Assembly (NCBI RefSeq): GCF_036365525.1
Contig: NC_090404.1
Location: 7,936,001-8,000,000, forward strand
From: Heterodontus francisci
Lineage: Eukaryota
Length of the DNA: 64,000 bases
Direction: 5' to 3'
Both the position numbers and the translations under genes were made by a program. Of the stretch, positions 37,401-50,374 are shown piece after piece. The first letter of the stretch is position 1. The number at the start of each line of letters is the position of its first letter. Under the pieces are notes generated by a model that was not told the origin of the DNA, did not search any database, and saw nothing but the letters and a program-made list of their open reading frames with translations.

Positions 37401-37760
37401 AAGATCCTGAATGGTCCTGACAAGGTGAATGTGGAAAGGATGTTTACTCTTATGGGTGAGTCCCGAACTAGGGGTCACTGTTTGAAAATTAGGGGTTGCC
37501 CTTTTAGGACAGAGATGAGGGGAAATGTTTTTCTCTGAGGGTTGTGAAACTTTGAAACTCTCTGCCTCAGAAGGTGGCGGAGGTGGGGTCATTGAATATT
37601 TTTAAGGCGGAGGTAGATTGATCCCCTTGCCTAACAAGAATCTGATTGTCGGGGGTAGATGGGAGTGTGGAATTTGAGACAAACAGATCAGCCATGATCT
37701 TATTAAATGGCAGAGCAAGCTTGATGGGTTGAATGGCCTACTTCTGCTCCTTATTCATAT
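34413..37760 (+). mobile_element. Old CR1 ORF2, with an inverted CR1 3' piece nested at ~34840-35420
   Basis: Endonuclease and RT fragments ([31 protein letters not shown]); minus ORF 34983-35504 LVRPHLEYCVQFWSP. Confidence 0.88.
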
Positions 37761-37793
37761 GGTCATAATAACAGCAGAATCCAGTCCCTGCAG

Positions 37794-38720
37794 TCACTTG
37801 TGAACTCGCTGGTGTCTCAGCAGATTATTTGAATTAGCAAATCCCTTCCCACAGGCAGAGCAGGTGAATGGCCTCTCCCCGGTGTGAACTCGCTGGTGTG
37901 TCAACAGATTGCTTTTACTTTTAAATCTCTTCTCACAGTAAGAACACTCAAAAGGTCTCTTATCAGTGTGAACAAGTTGATGTACAGTGAGGTGGGATGT
38001 CGCTGTGAATCCCTTCCCACACATGGAGCAGATGAATGGTCTCTCCCCAGTGTGAACGCGCTGGTGGATCAGAAAGTTGGATAATCGAGTGAATTCCTTC
38101 CCACACTCAGTGCAGGTGAACGGTCTCTCCCCCGTGACAACTTGCTGGTGTATCAGAAGGTTGGATAATTGAGTGAATCCCTTCCCACACTCAGAGCAGG
38201 TGAACGGCCTCTCCCCAGTGTGAGTACGTTGGTGTTGCAGCAGCTCATTTTTACTTTTAAATCTCTTCTCACAGTCAGAACATTCAAAAGGCCTCTTATC
38301 TGTGTGAACAAGTTGGTGTCTCAGGAGGTTGGAAGGCTGAGCGAATCCCTTTCCACACATGGTGCAGGTGAATGGCTTTTCCCCAGTGTGAACTCGCTGG
38401 TGTGTCAGTAGGTTGGATAGTTTAGTGAATCCCTTCGCACAAATGGAGCAGGTGAACGGCCTCTCCCCAGTGTGAGTACGTTGGTGTTTCAACAGCTCAT
38501 TTTTACTTTTAAATCTCTTTTCACAGTCAGAACATTCAAAGGGTCTGTTATCTGTGTGAACAAGTTGATGATGAGTGAGGTAGGATGACCGAGCGAATCC
38601 CTTCCCACACACAGAGCAGGTGAACGGCCTCTCCCCAGTGTGGCTGCGTCGATGAATTTCCAGCTGAGACGGGTAATTGAACCCATTCCCACAGTCCTCA
38701 CATTTCCATGGTTTCTCTGT
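37794..38720 (-). CDS. Tandem C2H2 zinc-finger ORF, 11 fingers (cassette 3), family ATG replaced by ACA
   Basis: Open frame [23 protein letters not shown]...HQRVHK*. ACA at 38720-38718 where the paralogues have ATG. Upstream in-frame TGA; acceptor at ~39043. Finger 7 lacks its second His. Possibly a pseudogene. Confidence 0.6.
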   Translation of the reverse strand, partial: TEKPWKCEDCGNGFNYPSQLEIHRRSHTGERPFTCSVCGKGFARSSYLTHHQLVHTDNRPFECSDCEKRFKSKNELLKHQRTHTGERPFTCSICAKGFTKLSNLLTHQRVHTGEKPFTCTMCGKGFAQPSNLLRHQLVHTDKRPFECSDCEKRFKSKNELLQHQRTHTGERPFTCSECGKGFTQLSNLLIHQQVVTGERPFTCTECGKEFTRLSNFLIHQRVHTGERPFICSMCGKGFTATSHLTVHQLVHTDKRPFECSYCEKRFKSKSNLLTHQRVHTGERPFTCSACGKGFANSNNLLRHQRVHK

Positions 38721-40741
38721 GATGCAGGTGTCCTTGTCTCTCTCCAGGTTGAATGATCAGTTGTAACCTTGGCCACACACAGAACACGTGTACAGTTTCT
38801 CCCCGCTGTGAATGGTGCAATGGTTTTTTCACACTGGAACACTCTCACTCGGGTGTGTCTGTGTCTCAGTGCTTTTCCAGCCACACTGATGTTTGAAATA
38901 TTTTCCCACAAACAAGTGTTTCGCCTTCTACATTCAGTGACCACTGACATTCAGACACCGATGAACCGAGTGATCCTCCCAGATCTTGATGTAATGTTTG
39001 GTTTGAGTTTACCCCGTCTGCAAATCCTCCCCTTATAATAACCTGTGAAAGGAGTTTACAAAAGTCATCACTCTAAGTAGGAACATTAGAACAGGAGGAG
39101 GCCATTCAGCCCATTGAGCCTATTCTGGCATTCAGTTAGATTATGGCTGATCTGGATCATAACTCCATCTACCCAGCCTTGGTTCTGGAACCCTTATTAA
39201 TCTTGTCTAACAAAAATCTAATGAACATAATATTGAAATTTTCAATTGACCCACAGCCGCTCCACCTTTTTTGGTGGGGAGAGTTCCAGATTTCCACTGC
39301 CTCCTGACATCACTGAACAGCTGAGCTCTACTTTTAAAGTTATGTCCCCTGGTTGTGAACTCCCTCCCTAGAGGAAATAGTTTCTCTATATCTGTCCTAT
39401 CAATGCCTTTAATCATCTTAAACACCTCTATTAAATCACTCCATAATCTTCTGTATTCAGGAGAATATAACCCTAGACTATTTAACCTGTCCTTATAATT
39501 GACAAACGTCATCATTGTATGTACAGGATAGCAATTCAAAACAGACGGTTCGAATTTTTCTGGAACATTCTTTCCTCCTTTCCCTCTCCTAAGCTTTAAA
39601 TCACATAATCCCACACACTCTCCCTCCTTGCCACATCCTCAGTGCTTGAAATCCAGATTCATCACAGGCTCTTATTTTTGCCCCTTTCTCTCCTGAAGGT
39701 GCTGTGGGGTTCAGCCCCAGTCACTGTTTACCTTCCAGCACCTTGTCAATTGGACATTCTGAGCTTGTGATCCTATAATGAAGGTGCTGTTTGATGGTGG
39801 TATTCAGTCACTGTCACTATTTACCATCCAGTACCTTGCCAAGTGGTAATTCTGAACTTGTGACCATATACAGCAAGCACTAGCATTTCCACCTTGGGAT
39901 CTTTTAAAGTAGTAGAACATCTCAAGGTACATGACAAGAGCATAACCAGTCAAAGACTAACACAGAGCTAAAGAATCTAATCTTCGGGCCAAGGCAATGG
40001 AAGGAACGGTCATCCATGGTGGAATGAATTAGGCACATGAGGCCAGAATTGGAGAAATGCAGAGATCTTGGAGGGTTGTACAGCTGGAGAATGTTACAAA
40101 GATAGGGAGAGCAAAGCCTTGGAGGGATTTGAACAGAAGGAGGGAAATTATAAAGGCTGAAACCACCAGAATGTTGTGACTCACTGATAATAGGAAGGAC
40201 GTCACCTTAATGACTGCAAGTGCAACATTATCCCTCTGAATAAATAAATTGATGCATAATGAGGGGGAAATCAATCTCTGTATCTTTAACTAACAGCGAC
40301 AAGGAATGAAGGAAATAAATGACCTTTAAACACCTGGTCCACTTGGCAGTGAATTGTCTAAAACTTAGAAAAGGAAAACAAAATATTGACAAATGTTAAA
40401 CTGCTTTGTTGAAAAAAGAAATCTTGGTTTAAGTTTGTAAAGATAAATGATTTAACAGTGATTCACACTGACTCACCTGACTAGCCAACTCAGTTTTCAC
40501 CCCTCAAACTCCACGGCTGGTTACAGAACACGCTCCTCCCTTGGCCCTCCAGCCTCTGAGCTCGCTTCCTGTTGGTTTCCAAGAGAATCAATCACTGCTA
40601 TGTTCAGGGGCTCAGAGGAAGAAAAAAATTAGACCATTAATCTATGTTGGTAAATACAATTAGTGAAACATGATTCGATTTGTAGACTAAACTATTCATA
40701 ATCAAATAAAATCAAATGTAGCAATTGATTATTTATAAAAT

Positions 40742-41685
40742 AGAATCATAGAATGTTTAAGGCACAGAAAGAGGCCACTTGGCCCATGGTGTCAGTGCCG
40801 GCCAAAAAATGATCCGCCTATTCTAATGCCACTTCCAAGCATTTGGTCCCTAGCCCTGGAGATTACGGCACTTGAGGTGCATTTTCAAACTTCTTTTGAA
40901 TGAGTCAAGGGTTTCTGCCTCAACTACCCTTTCAGACAGTGAGTTCCAGACCCCCACCACCACCCTCTGGGTGAAAATGTTTTTCCTCATCTCCCCTCTA
41001 ATTTTTCTACCAATCACTTGAAATCTATGCCCCCTCGTCACTGACCTCTCTGCTAAGGTGAATAGACCCTTCACATCCACTCTATCCAGGCCTCTCAAAA
41101 TTTTGTACATTTCAATCCAATCTCCCCTCAGCCTTCTCTGTTCCAAGGAGAATAACACCAGCCTATCCAATCTTTCCTCATAGCTGCATTTCCTGGCAAC
41201 ATCCTCATAAATCTCCTCTGTACCCTCTCTGGTGCAATTACATCCTTTCTGTAACTACATGATCAGAACTGCACACAGTACTCAAGTTGTGGCCTAACCA
41301 ATGAGTTATACAGTTCCAGCATAATCTCCCTGCTCTTATATTCTATACCTTGGCTAATAAAGGAAAGGATTCCATATTTTTTTTTTATTTCCAAAATATA
41401 CTTTATTCATAAAAATGTGTAAAAATTACATTCCCAAACAGTTTAAAACAGCATCAAGTCAAAAAATACAAACTGTGCAAAGGTGATCAGTTTTCTTCTA
41501 TACAATTATGAGTTGCCTCACAACCCTTCCATTTCATTGTCATGCCATATACATTTTTACATTTACAGCACACAAAATTTTCCCGATACAGTAACCACCT
41601 TACCGACCTGTCCAGCTACCTTCGGGAATCTGTGGACATTCACTCCAGGCCCCTCACTTCCTCTGCACTTCTCAGTATTTTCCTA
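40742..41685 (-). mobile_element. CR1 3' portion
   Basis: Minus ORF 40850-41170 LFSLEQRRLRGD...FTQRVV...WNSL. Confidence 0.85.
41377..41592 (-). mobile_element. Polyadenylated retroposon 3' end (L1/Tx1-like) nested in CR1
   Basis: Minus strand ends ...tttttatgAATAAAgtatattttggaaataaaaaaaaaa; the CR1 resumes on both sides. Confidence 0.55.
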
Positions 41686-41799
41686 TTACGGGTAATGGGA
41701 GTTAATAATATCCACTGTTTTAGACCATTTGATTTTTCGATGATTCCCATGAACTGCCCCTCCAGTCTGTTACATGCAAATGGTGACAATCCTACCCAG

Positions 41800-42300
41800 A
41801 AGGCTCCGCGCGGGTGACTACGTCATAGTTCCATCAGTGTGGCTGCAACACGCAGGCGCCGGGACGCCCCGCCCCGCCCCCGGAGACCCGCCGTCTTTGC
41901 GCAGCAGGCGCTGTTTGGCTCTACGATGCTGACCGGGGTCGAGCGCTCGCTAAGCGACACCGGGTCTCAGTGGCTCTCGGGGCCCAAATAAGAACCGCGG
42001 GAACCGGCGGACATGCGAGGGCGACGGGGCAGGAGAAGAAACCATTAAACCGATGGTGCAGTGCCTCCCCTACCCTACCAGTCGCCTCCCGGTTTCTTCT
42101 CCCGTCTCCGCCAACTCCAACTCGGAACAAAGGACAAGACCGAGGATACCCAGAATGCCCCGCGCCTGTCCTTGGGAAGCATGCGCACTTTGAGCTAACG
42201 GCGGAAATCGAGCAGAGCGGTTTCTAGGGCGCAGAGGATTGTGGGTGCTGTGGCCGCCATTAGGCAACGGCTGTCGCTAAGTGATTTATTGCAGGCTGAT
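41800..42300. promoter_or_regulatory. CpG island / candidate bidirectional promoter between divergent ZNF cassettes 3 and 4
   Basis: High CpG, tgactacgtca, ccccgccccgcccc, agcatgcgca, ggccgccatt; aataagaacc motif shared with 20641. Confidence 0.6.
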
Positions 42301-42756
42301 GGTAAGTCAACGACCTGAAATGTTCACCCGGTTTCTTTCTCCATATATACTGCCCAACATGCTGAGTATTTCTAGCATTTTCTCTTTTTATTTTGTTATC
42401 TTTCATTATCTTTAGAATCCTCCACCCAGTGATTTGTGGATGTTCCATCGTTAAGCATATTTAATGCTGAAATAGACAGATTGCAGGCTAAACTGGAATG
42501 GAGATGGAGGAGAAGTAGCTTGTTTTAATCGCGAGTACCTCTGAGCTCAGTGGGGCCCAAAGATTTCAAATATTCGGCCTGTCAAAGGCGGTAGATACTA
42601 GGAAAGATTCCGTTGTCAAACAGGTACTGTCCGTTGTGTAAAAGAGTATTGTTTAAGGCACAAGTATTTCTGCAGAGACTCTTAATCCATTTTACATGTA
42701 CAGATTTTAAAAAAATTCTGGGGATTTGGGTTGTTATGACAATCTGACTGCTTTCA

Positions 42757-45350
42757 TAGAGTCATAGAGTTCTACAGCACAGAAACAGACTCTTTGGCCC
42801 ATCGTGTCTGTGCCGGTCATCAAGCACCTAACTATTCTAATCCCATTTTCCAGCACTTGGCCCATAGCCTTGTATGCTATGGCATTTCAAGTACTCATCT
42901 AAATACTTAATAAATGTTGTGAGGGTTTCTGCCTCCACCACCTCTTCAGGCAGTGCGTTCCAAATTCCAACCACCCTCTGGGTGAAAACATTTTTCCTCA
43001 AATTCCGTCTAAACCTCCTGCCCCTTACCTTAAATCTATGCCCCCTGGTTATTGACCCCTCTGCTAAGGAAAGAAGTTTCTTCCTATCCAACCTATCAAA
43101 GCCACTCATAATTTTGTATACCTCAATCATGTCCCCCTCAGCCTTCTCTGCTCTAAGGAAAACAACCCTAGCCTATCCAGTCTCTCCTCATAGCTGAAAT
43201 GCTCCAGCCCAGGCAACATCCTGGTGAATCTCCTCTGCACCCTCTCCAGTGCAATCACATCCTTCCTATAGTGTGGTGCCCAGAACGGTACACAGTACTC
43301 CAGCTGTGGCCTAAGTAGTGTTTTATACAGCTCCATCATAACCTCCCTGCTTTTATATTCTATGCCTCGGCTGATAAAGGCAAGTACCCCATATGCCTTC
43401 CTAACCACCTTATCTACCTGTGCTGCTGCCTTCAGTGATCGATGGACAAGTACACCAGGATCCCTCTGATCTTCTGTACTTCCTAGGGTCCTACTATCCA
43501 TTGTACTTTGCATCGGTATTCACCGAGGAGAGGGACATGAAGGATGTTGAGGTTAGGAACAGATGTTTGATTACTCCAGGTCAAGTCGGCATAAGGAGGG
43601 AGGAAGTGTTGGGTATTCTAAAAGGCATTAAGGTGGACAAGTCCCCAGGTCCGGATGGGATCTATCCCAGGTTACTGAGGGAAGCGAGAGAGGAAATAGC
43701 TGGGGCCTTAACAGATATCTTTGCAGCATCCTTAAACACGGGTGAGGTCCCGGAGGACTGGAGAATTGCTAATGTTGTCCCCTTGTTTAAGAAGGGTAGC
43801 AGGGATAATCCAGGTAATTATAGACCGGTGAACCTGACGTCAGTGGTAGGGAAGCTGCTGGAGAAGATACTGAGGGATAGGATCTATTCCCATTTGGAAG
43901 AAAATGGGCTGATCAGTGATAGGCAACATGGTTTTGTGCAGGGAAGGTCATGTCTTATCAACTTAATAGAATTCTTTGAGGAAGTGACAAAGTTGATTGA
44001 TGAGGGAAGGGCTGTAGATGTCATATACATGGACTTCACTAAGGCTTTTGATAAGGTTCCCCATGGCAGGCTGATGGAGAAAGTGAAGGCGCATGGGGTC
44101 CAAGGTGTACTAGCTAGATGGATAAAAAACTGGCTGGGCAACAGGAGACAGAGAGTAGCAGTGGAAGGGAGTTTCTCAAAATGGAGACGTGTGACCAGTG
44201 GTGTTCCACAGGGATCCGTGCTGGGACCACTGTTGTTTGTGATATACATAAATGATTTGGAGGAAAGTATAGGTGGTCTGATTAGCAAGTTTGCAGACGA
44301 CACTAAGATTGGTGGAGCAGCAGATAGTGAAGGGGACTGTCAGAGAATACAGCAGAATATAGATAGACTGGAGAGTTGGGCAGAGAAATGGCAGATGGAG
44401 TTCAATCAGGGCAAATGCGAGGTGATGCATTTTGGAAGATCCAATTCAAGAGTGAAGTATACAGTAAATGGAAAAGTCCTGGGGAAAATTGATGTACAGA
44501 GAGATTTGGGTGTTCAGGTCCATTGTTCCCTGAAGGTGGCAACGCAGGTCAATAGAGTGGTCAAGAAGGCATACGGCATGCTTTCCTTCATCGGACGGGG
44601 TATTAAGTACAAGAGTTGGCAGGTCATGTTACAGTTGTATAGGACTTTGGTTCGGCCACATTTGGAATACTGCATGCAGTTCTGGTCGCCACATTACCAA
44701 AAGGATGTGGATGCTTTGGAGAGGGTGCAGAGGAGGTTCACCAGGATGTTGCCTGGTATGGAGGGCGCTAGCTATGAAGAGCGGTTGAGTAGATTAGGAT
44801 TATTTTCATTAGAAAGACGGAGGTTGAGGGGGTCCTGATTGAGGTGTACAAAATCATGAGAGGTATAGACAGGTTGGATAGCAAGAAGCTTTTTCCCCAG
44901 AGTGGGGGATTCAATTACTAGGGGTCATGAGTTCAAAGTGAAAGGGGAAAAGTTTAGGGGGGATATGCGTGGAAAGTTCTTTACGCAGAGGGTGGTGGGT
45001 GCCTGGAACACGTTGCCTGCGGAGGTGGTAGACGCGGGCACGATAGCGTCTTTTAAGATGTATCTAGACAGATACATGAATGGACAGGAAGTAAAGAGAT
45101 ACAGACCCTTAGAAAATAGGCGTCATGTTTAGATAGAAGATCTGGATCGGCGCAGACTTGGAGGGCCGAAGGGCCTGTTCCTGTGCTGTAATTTTCTTTG
45201 TTCTTTGTTTGTATATTCCCTTGCCTTGTTCGTCCTCCCAAAATGCATCACCTCACACTTCTCAGGATTAAATTCCATTTGCCACTGCTCTGCCCATCTT
45301 ACCAGTCCATCTATATCATCCTGTAATCTAAGGCTTTCCTCCTCACTATT
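42757..45350 (-). mobile_element. CR1 3' portion (minus) interrupted by a younger CR1 (plus, ~43505-45210)
   Basis: Minus ORFs 42837-43513. Plus RT ORF (YFASVFTEE...KFADD...RRRLRG) with a short-repeat tail at ~45190-45210, then the minus element resumes; ttgta-like TSD. Confidence 0.88.
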
Positions 45351-45830
45351 TCAGTCTTTTTTTCTCTAGTGCCAGCCCGACAAATTCCCATTTCATTAAG
45401 GTCCATTTCACATCCTGTCTTTGTGTTTCTGTTTGCTCTCTCTCTCACTTTTTCCTGCTTTAAATTCGTTTTACAGGATATTTGACGGGCAGATTTTCAG
45501 ACAGAAAACTCAAACTAAGCATCACATCAAGATCCAACAGAGTCACTCAATTCATCAAGACATGAATATGGTCTTTGTGCAAAAAGAAATGTTTATTTAA
45601 TTAGTCTGTGGGAAAAAGATTTCAAACATCAGTGTGAATGGAAAAACACTGAGACACACACACCTGAGTGAGAGTGTTTCAGTGCATTGACTGTGGGATC
45701 AACTTTAACCAGTTATCCAGCCTGAAAAAAATTGCACAATTTACATCTTGAAGAATCTGTACTCGTGTTCAGTGTGTGGACAAAGCTTTGACTGATCATC
45801 CAACCTGGACAGATACAAGGACACTGAATC

Positions 45831-46421
45831 ATGGAGAAACCATGGAAATGTGAGGACTGTGGGAAGGGATTCGATTACCCATCCAAACTGGAAACACATC
45901 GGCGCAGTCACACTGGGGAAAAGCCGTTCACCTGCTCAGTGTGTGGGAAGGGATTCACTCTATTGTCCAACCTCCAGACGCACCAGCGAGTTCACACAGG
46001 GGAGAGACCATTCACCTGCACTGAATGTGGGCGGGGTTTTACTACTTTATCCAACTTGCTGAAGCACCAGCGGATTCACACAGATCATAGACCTTTTAAA
46101 TGTTCTGACTGTGAGAAGAGCTTTAAAAGCAGAAATGAACTACTGACGCACCAACGCACTCATACAGGGGAGAGGCCATTTACCTGCTCCATGTGCAGGA
46201 AGGGATTCACTCAATTATCACATCTTCTGAGACACCAGCCAGTTCACACGGGGGAGAGGCCATTCAGCTGCTCAACATGTGAGAAGGGATTCACAAATTC
46301 ATCTGAGCTTCTGAGACACCAGCCAGTTCACACGAGGGAGAGGCCCTTCACCTGCTCAGTGTGTGGCAAGGGATTCACTCGATCATTCACCCTGCTGAAA
46401 CACCAGAGATCTCACACGTGA
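45831..46421 (+). CDS. Tandem C2H2 zinc-finger protein, 7 fingers (cassette 4)
   Basis: [23 protein letters not shown]...HQRSHT*, 196 aa; acceptor AG 45475-45476 and decayed upstream fingers homologous to cassette 1. Confidence 0.85.
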   Translation: MEKPWKCEDCGKGFDYPSKLETHRRSHTGEKPFTCSVCGKGFTLLSNLQTHQRVHTGERPFTCTECGRGFTTLSNLLKHQRIHTDHRPFKCSDCEKSFKSRNELLTHQRTHTGERPFTCSMCRKGFTQLSHLLRHQPVHTGERPFSCSTCEKGFTNSSELLRHQPVHTRERPFTCSVCGKGFTRSFTLLKHQRSHT

Positions 46422-46814
46422 CTGCATGGGTTGGACTCTGCTGTTAATCACAGCCTGAACTGGATCATATTCATTCTGTTAGTCATCTGAACACACAAAG
46501 AGAAGTAGCCCATTTAGCCCCTCAGGTCTGTTCCACCATTCACTGAGATTCTGACTGATCTGTGAACTAACGGAATTTACCCTAATTTGCCCAATAACCC
46601 TAATACCTTTCTCCTGACCTTGGGATCCAGGGAGAACAGAGGCTTCGCAAACACAGAGTGTGGGTCAGACTCTAATCGAAAACTGTGAATATTCAGGAGA
46701 GGGAGGGGGAACCAGTGAGTGGAGAACTGAACCCAGCCATGTCAGCACCTTCAGGGAGCAGAGAGAGGAGAACTGAACCCAGCCATGTCAGCACCTTCAG
46801 GGGAGGAGAGGTAC

Positions 46815-47075
46815 ATTGCCGAGGGAGCTTTACTCCGTATCTAATCTGTGCTGTACCCGCCCTAGGAGGGTTTAATGGGGCAATATAGAGGGAGCTTTAC
46901 TCCACACCTAACCGTTTGTTTTTTTCTTTTTCTAACCTCAGTGCTGTGCCTGCCCTGGGAGTGTTTAATGGGGACAGTGTGGAGGGATTTTTACTCTGCA
47001 TCTAACCCCGTGCTGTAACTGCCCCTGGAATGTTTGATGGGACCGTGCAGCGGGAGCTCTACTCTGTATCGAACT
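46815..47075. repeat. Degenerate ~67-bp tandem repeat
   Basis: gagggagctttactc...atctaac...gtgctgta...gccctgggagtgtttaatggggacagtgt repeated about 4 times. Confidence 0.7.
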
Positions 47076-47211
47076 CAAGGTGCATCTGATTAGAGAATGC
47101 TTCAAGCAGACACTCGATGCTCAGTAAGCCCCATTCCCCATCTCTGACAAACATCAAATTGATCAGAAGAACATTGAACCCAAAGATAAGAGAAACCCAT
47201 CTGTTTTATGG

Positions 47212-50200
47212 GTATCGGTAGCATGGTTGTCATATTCCTGGACTAGTAATCCAGAGGCCCAGGCAAATGCTCTGGAGAAGAGTTTAAATCCCACCATGGC
47301 AGTTGGTGGAATTTAAATTAAATTAATTAATAAATCTGGAATAAAATGCTAGTCTCATTAACAGTGAACAAAGAACAGTACAGCACAGGAACAGGCCATT
47401 CAGCCCTCCAAGCCTGCGCCAATCTTGATGCCTGCCTAAACTAAAACCTTCTGCACTTCCGGGGACCGTATCCCTCGATTCCCATCCTATTCATGTATTT
47501 GTCAAGATGCCTCTTAAACGTCGCTATCGTACCTGCTTCCACCACCTCTCCTGGCAGCAAGTTCCAGGCACTCACCACCCTCTGTGTAAAGAACTTACCT
47601 CGCACATCCCCTCTAAACTTTGCCCCTCTCACCTTAAACCTATGTCCCCTAGTAACTGACTCTTCCAACCCTGGGAAAAAGCTTCTGACTATCCACTCTG
47701 TCCATGCCACTCGTAACTGTGTAAACCTCTATCATGTCGCCTCTCCACCTCCGTCGTTCCAGTGAAAACAATCCGAGTTTATCCAACCTCTCCTCATAGC
47801 TAATGCCCTCCAGACCAGGCAACATCCTGGTAAACCTCTTCTGTACCCTCTCCAAAGCCTCCACACCCTTCTGGTAGTGTGGCGACCAGAATTGCATGCA
47901 ATATTCTAAGTGTGGCCTAACTAAGGTTCTGCACAGCTGCAGCATGACTTGCCAATTTTTATACTCTATGCCCCGACCGATGAAGGCAAGCATGCCGTAT
48001 GCCTTCTTGACTACCTTATCCACCTGTGTTGCCACGTTCAGTGACCTGTGGACCTGTACGCCCAAATCTCTCTGCCTGTCAATACTCCTAAGGGTTCTGT
48101 CATTTACTGTATACTTCCCACCTGTATTAGATCTTCCAAAATGCATTACCTCACATTTGTCTGGATTAAACTCCATCTGCCATTTCTCCGCCCAAGTCTC
48201 CAACCGATCTATATCCTCTGACAATCCTCATCATTATCCACAACTCCACCAACCTTTGTGTCGTCCGCAAACTTACTGATCAGACCAGCTACATTTTCCT
48301 CCAAATCATTTATATATACTACAAATAGCAAAGGTCCCATCACTGATCCCTGCGGAACACCACTAGTCACAGCCCTCCATTCAGAAAAACACCCATCCAA
48401 TGATACCCTCTGTCTTCTATGACCGAGCCAGTTCTGTATCCATCTTGCCAACTCACCTCCGAGTCCATGTGACTTCACCTTTTGTACCAGTCTGCCATGA
48501 GGGACCTTGTCAAAGGCTTTACTAAAGTCCATATAGATAACATCCACTGCCCTTCCTTCATCAGTCATCTTCGTCACTTCCTCAAAAAACTCAATCAAGT
48601 TAGTGAGACACGACCTCCCCTTCACAAAACCCTGCTGCCTCTCACTAATAAGTTCATTTATTTCCAAATGGGAGTAAATCCTGTCCCGAAGAATCCTCTC
48701 TAATAATTTCCCAACCACTGACGGAAGGCTCACCGGCCTATAATTTCCTGGATTATCCTTGCTACCCTTCTTAAACAAAGGAACAACATTGGCTATTCTC
48801 CAGTCCTCTGGGACCTCACCTGTATCCAATGCGGATACAAAGATTTCTGTCAAGGCCCCTGCAATTTCCTCCCTTGCCTCCCTCAGTATTCTGGGGTAGA
48901 TCCCATCAGGCCCTGGGGACTTATCTACCTTAATGCTTTGCAAGACGCCCAACACTTCCTCCTTATTCATAATGACATGACCCAGACTATCTACACTCCC
49001 TTCCCTCGACTCATCATCCACCAAGTCCTTCTCTTTGGTGAATACTGATGCAAAGTACTCATTTAGTTGCTCGCCCTTTTCCTCTGGCTCCACGCATAGA
49101 TTCCCTCCTCTGAGCTTGTGTGGGCCAACCCTTTCCCTGGCTACCCTCTTGCTCTTTATATCCATATAAAAAGCCTTGGGCTTCTCCTTAATCCTGTTTG
49201 CCAATGACTTTTCATGACCCTTTTTAGCCCTCCTGACTCCTTGCTTAAGTTTCTTCCTACTTTCTTGATTTTCCTCAAGGGCTTCATCTGTTCCCAGCCT
49301 TCTAGCTCTTACGGATGCTTCCTTTTTCTTTTTGACTAGGCTCACAATATCCCACGTTATCCAAGGTTCCCGAAACTTGCCAAACTTATCCTTCTTCCTC
49401 ACAGGAACATGCCGGTCCTGGATTCTAATCAACTGACGTTTGAAAGACTCCCACATGTCAGATGTTGATTTACCCTCAAACAGCCGCCCCCAATCTAAAT
49501 TCTACAGTTCCTGCCTAATATTGTTATAATTAGCCTTCCCCAATTTAGCACCTTCACCCGATGACTACTCTTATCCTTATCCACAGGTACCTTAAAACGT
49601 ATGGAATTATGGTCACTGTTCCCGAAATGCTCCCCTACTGAGACTTCGACCACTTGGCCGGGCTCATTTCCCAATACCAGGTCCAGTACGGCCCCTTACC
49701 TAGTTGGACTATCTACATATTGTTTCAAGAAGCCCTCCTGGATGCTCCTTACAAATTCTGCCCCATCCAAGCCCCAAGCACTAAGTGAGTCCCAGTCAAA
49801 ATAGGGGAAGTTAAAATCACCCACCACTACAACCCTGTTGCTTTTACATCTTTCCAGAATCTGTCTACATATCTGCTCCTCCACCTCCCACTAGCTGTTG
49901 GGAGGCCTGTAGTAAACCCCCAACATTGTGACTGCACCCTTCCTATTCCTGAGCTCTCTCCATTTTGCCTCGATGCATAACCCCTCCGAGGTGTCTTCCC
50001 GCAGTACAGCTGTGATATTCCCCTTAACCAGTAATGCAACTTCCCCGCCCCTTTTACATCCCCCTCTATCCTGCCTGAAGCTTCTAAACCCCGGAACATT
50101 TACAGTGATCACCAGATTGTTGTAAAAACCCATGTAGTTCACCAATATCTTTCAGGGTGGAAATCTGCTGTGTTTACCTGGTCTGGCATGCATGTGACTC

Positions 50201-50340
50201 CAGATCCACATCAATGTGGTTGATTCTTAACTGCCCTTTGAAATAACCTAGCAAGCCACTCAGTTGTAGGCAGCTCACCACCACCAGCTCAAGGGCAATA
50301 AATGCTGGCCAGCGTTGCTCATATCCTAAGGACAAAAAAA
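47212..50340 (+). mobile_element. Shark SINE (47212-47367 + 50102-50340) split by a CR1 insertion
   Basis: Head ctggactagtaatccagagg...aaatcccaccatggcag; body and tail resume at 50102 and end with a gcagctcaccaccacc...gggcaataaatgctggcc tail shared with the CR1/L2-group LINE; TSD ACAGTGA. Confidence 0.65.
47368..50101 (-). mobile_element. CR1 LINE, 5'-truncated, young family, 7-bp TSD
   Basis: ORFs 49696-49884, 48209-49456 and 47649-48224; ACAGTGA at 47361-47367 and 50102-50108. Confidence 0.95.
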
Positions 50341-50374
50341 TAATTTTATAGCAGTGCACTTAAAGAACAGTGGT

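Noticed and set aside
43420-43504. N-terminus of the 472-aa ORF
   Set aside because: Chimeric: antisense of an older CR1 fused to a 5'-truncated CR1 RT.
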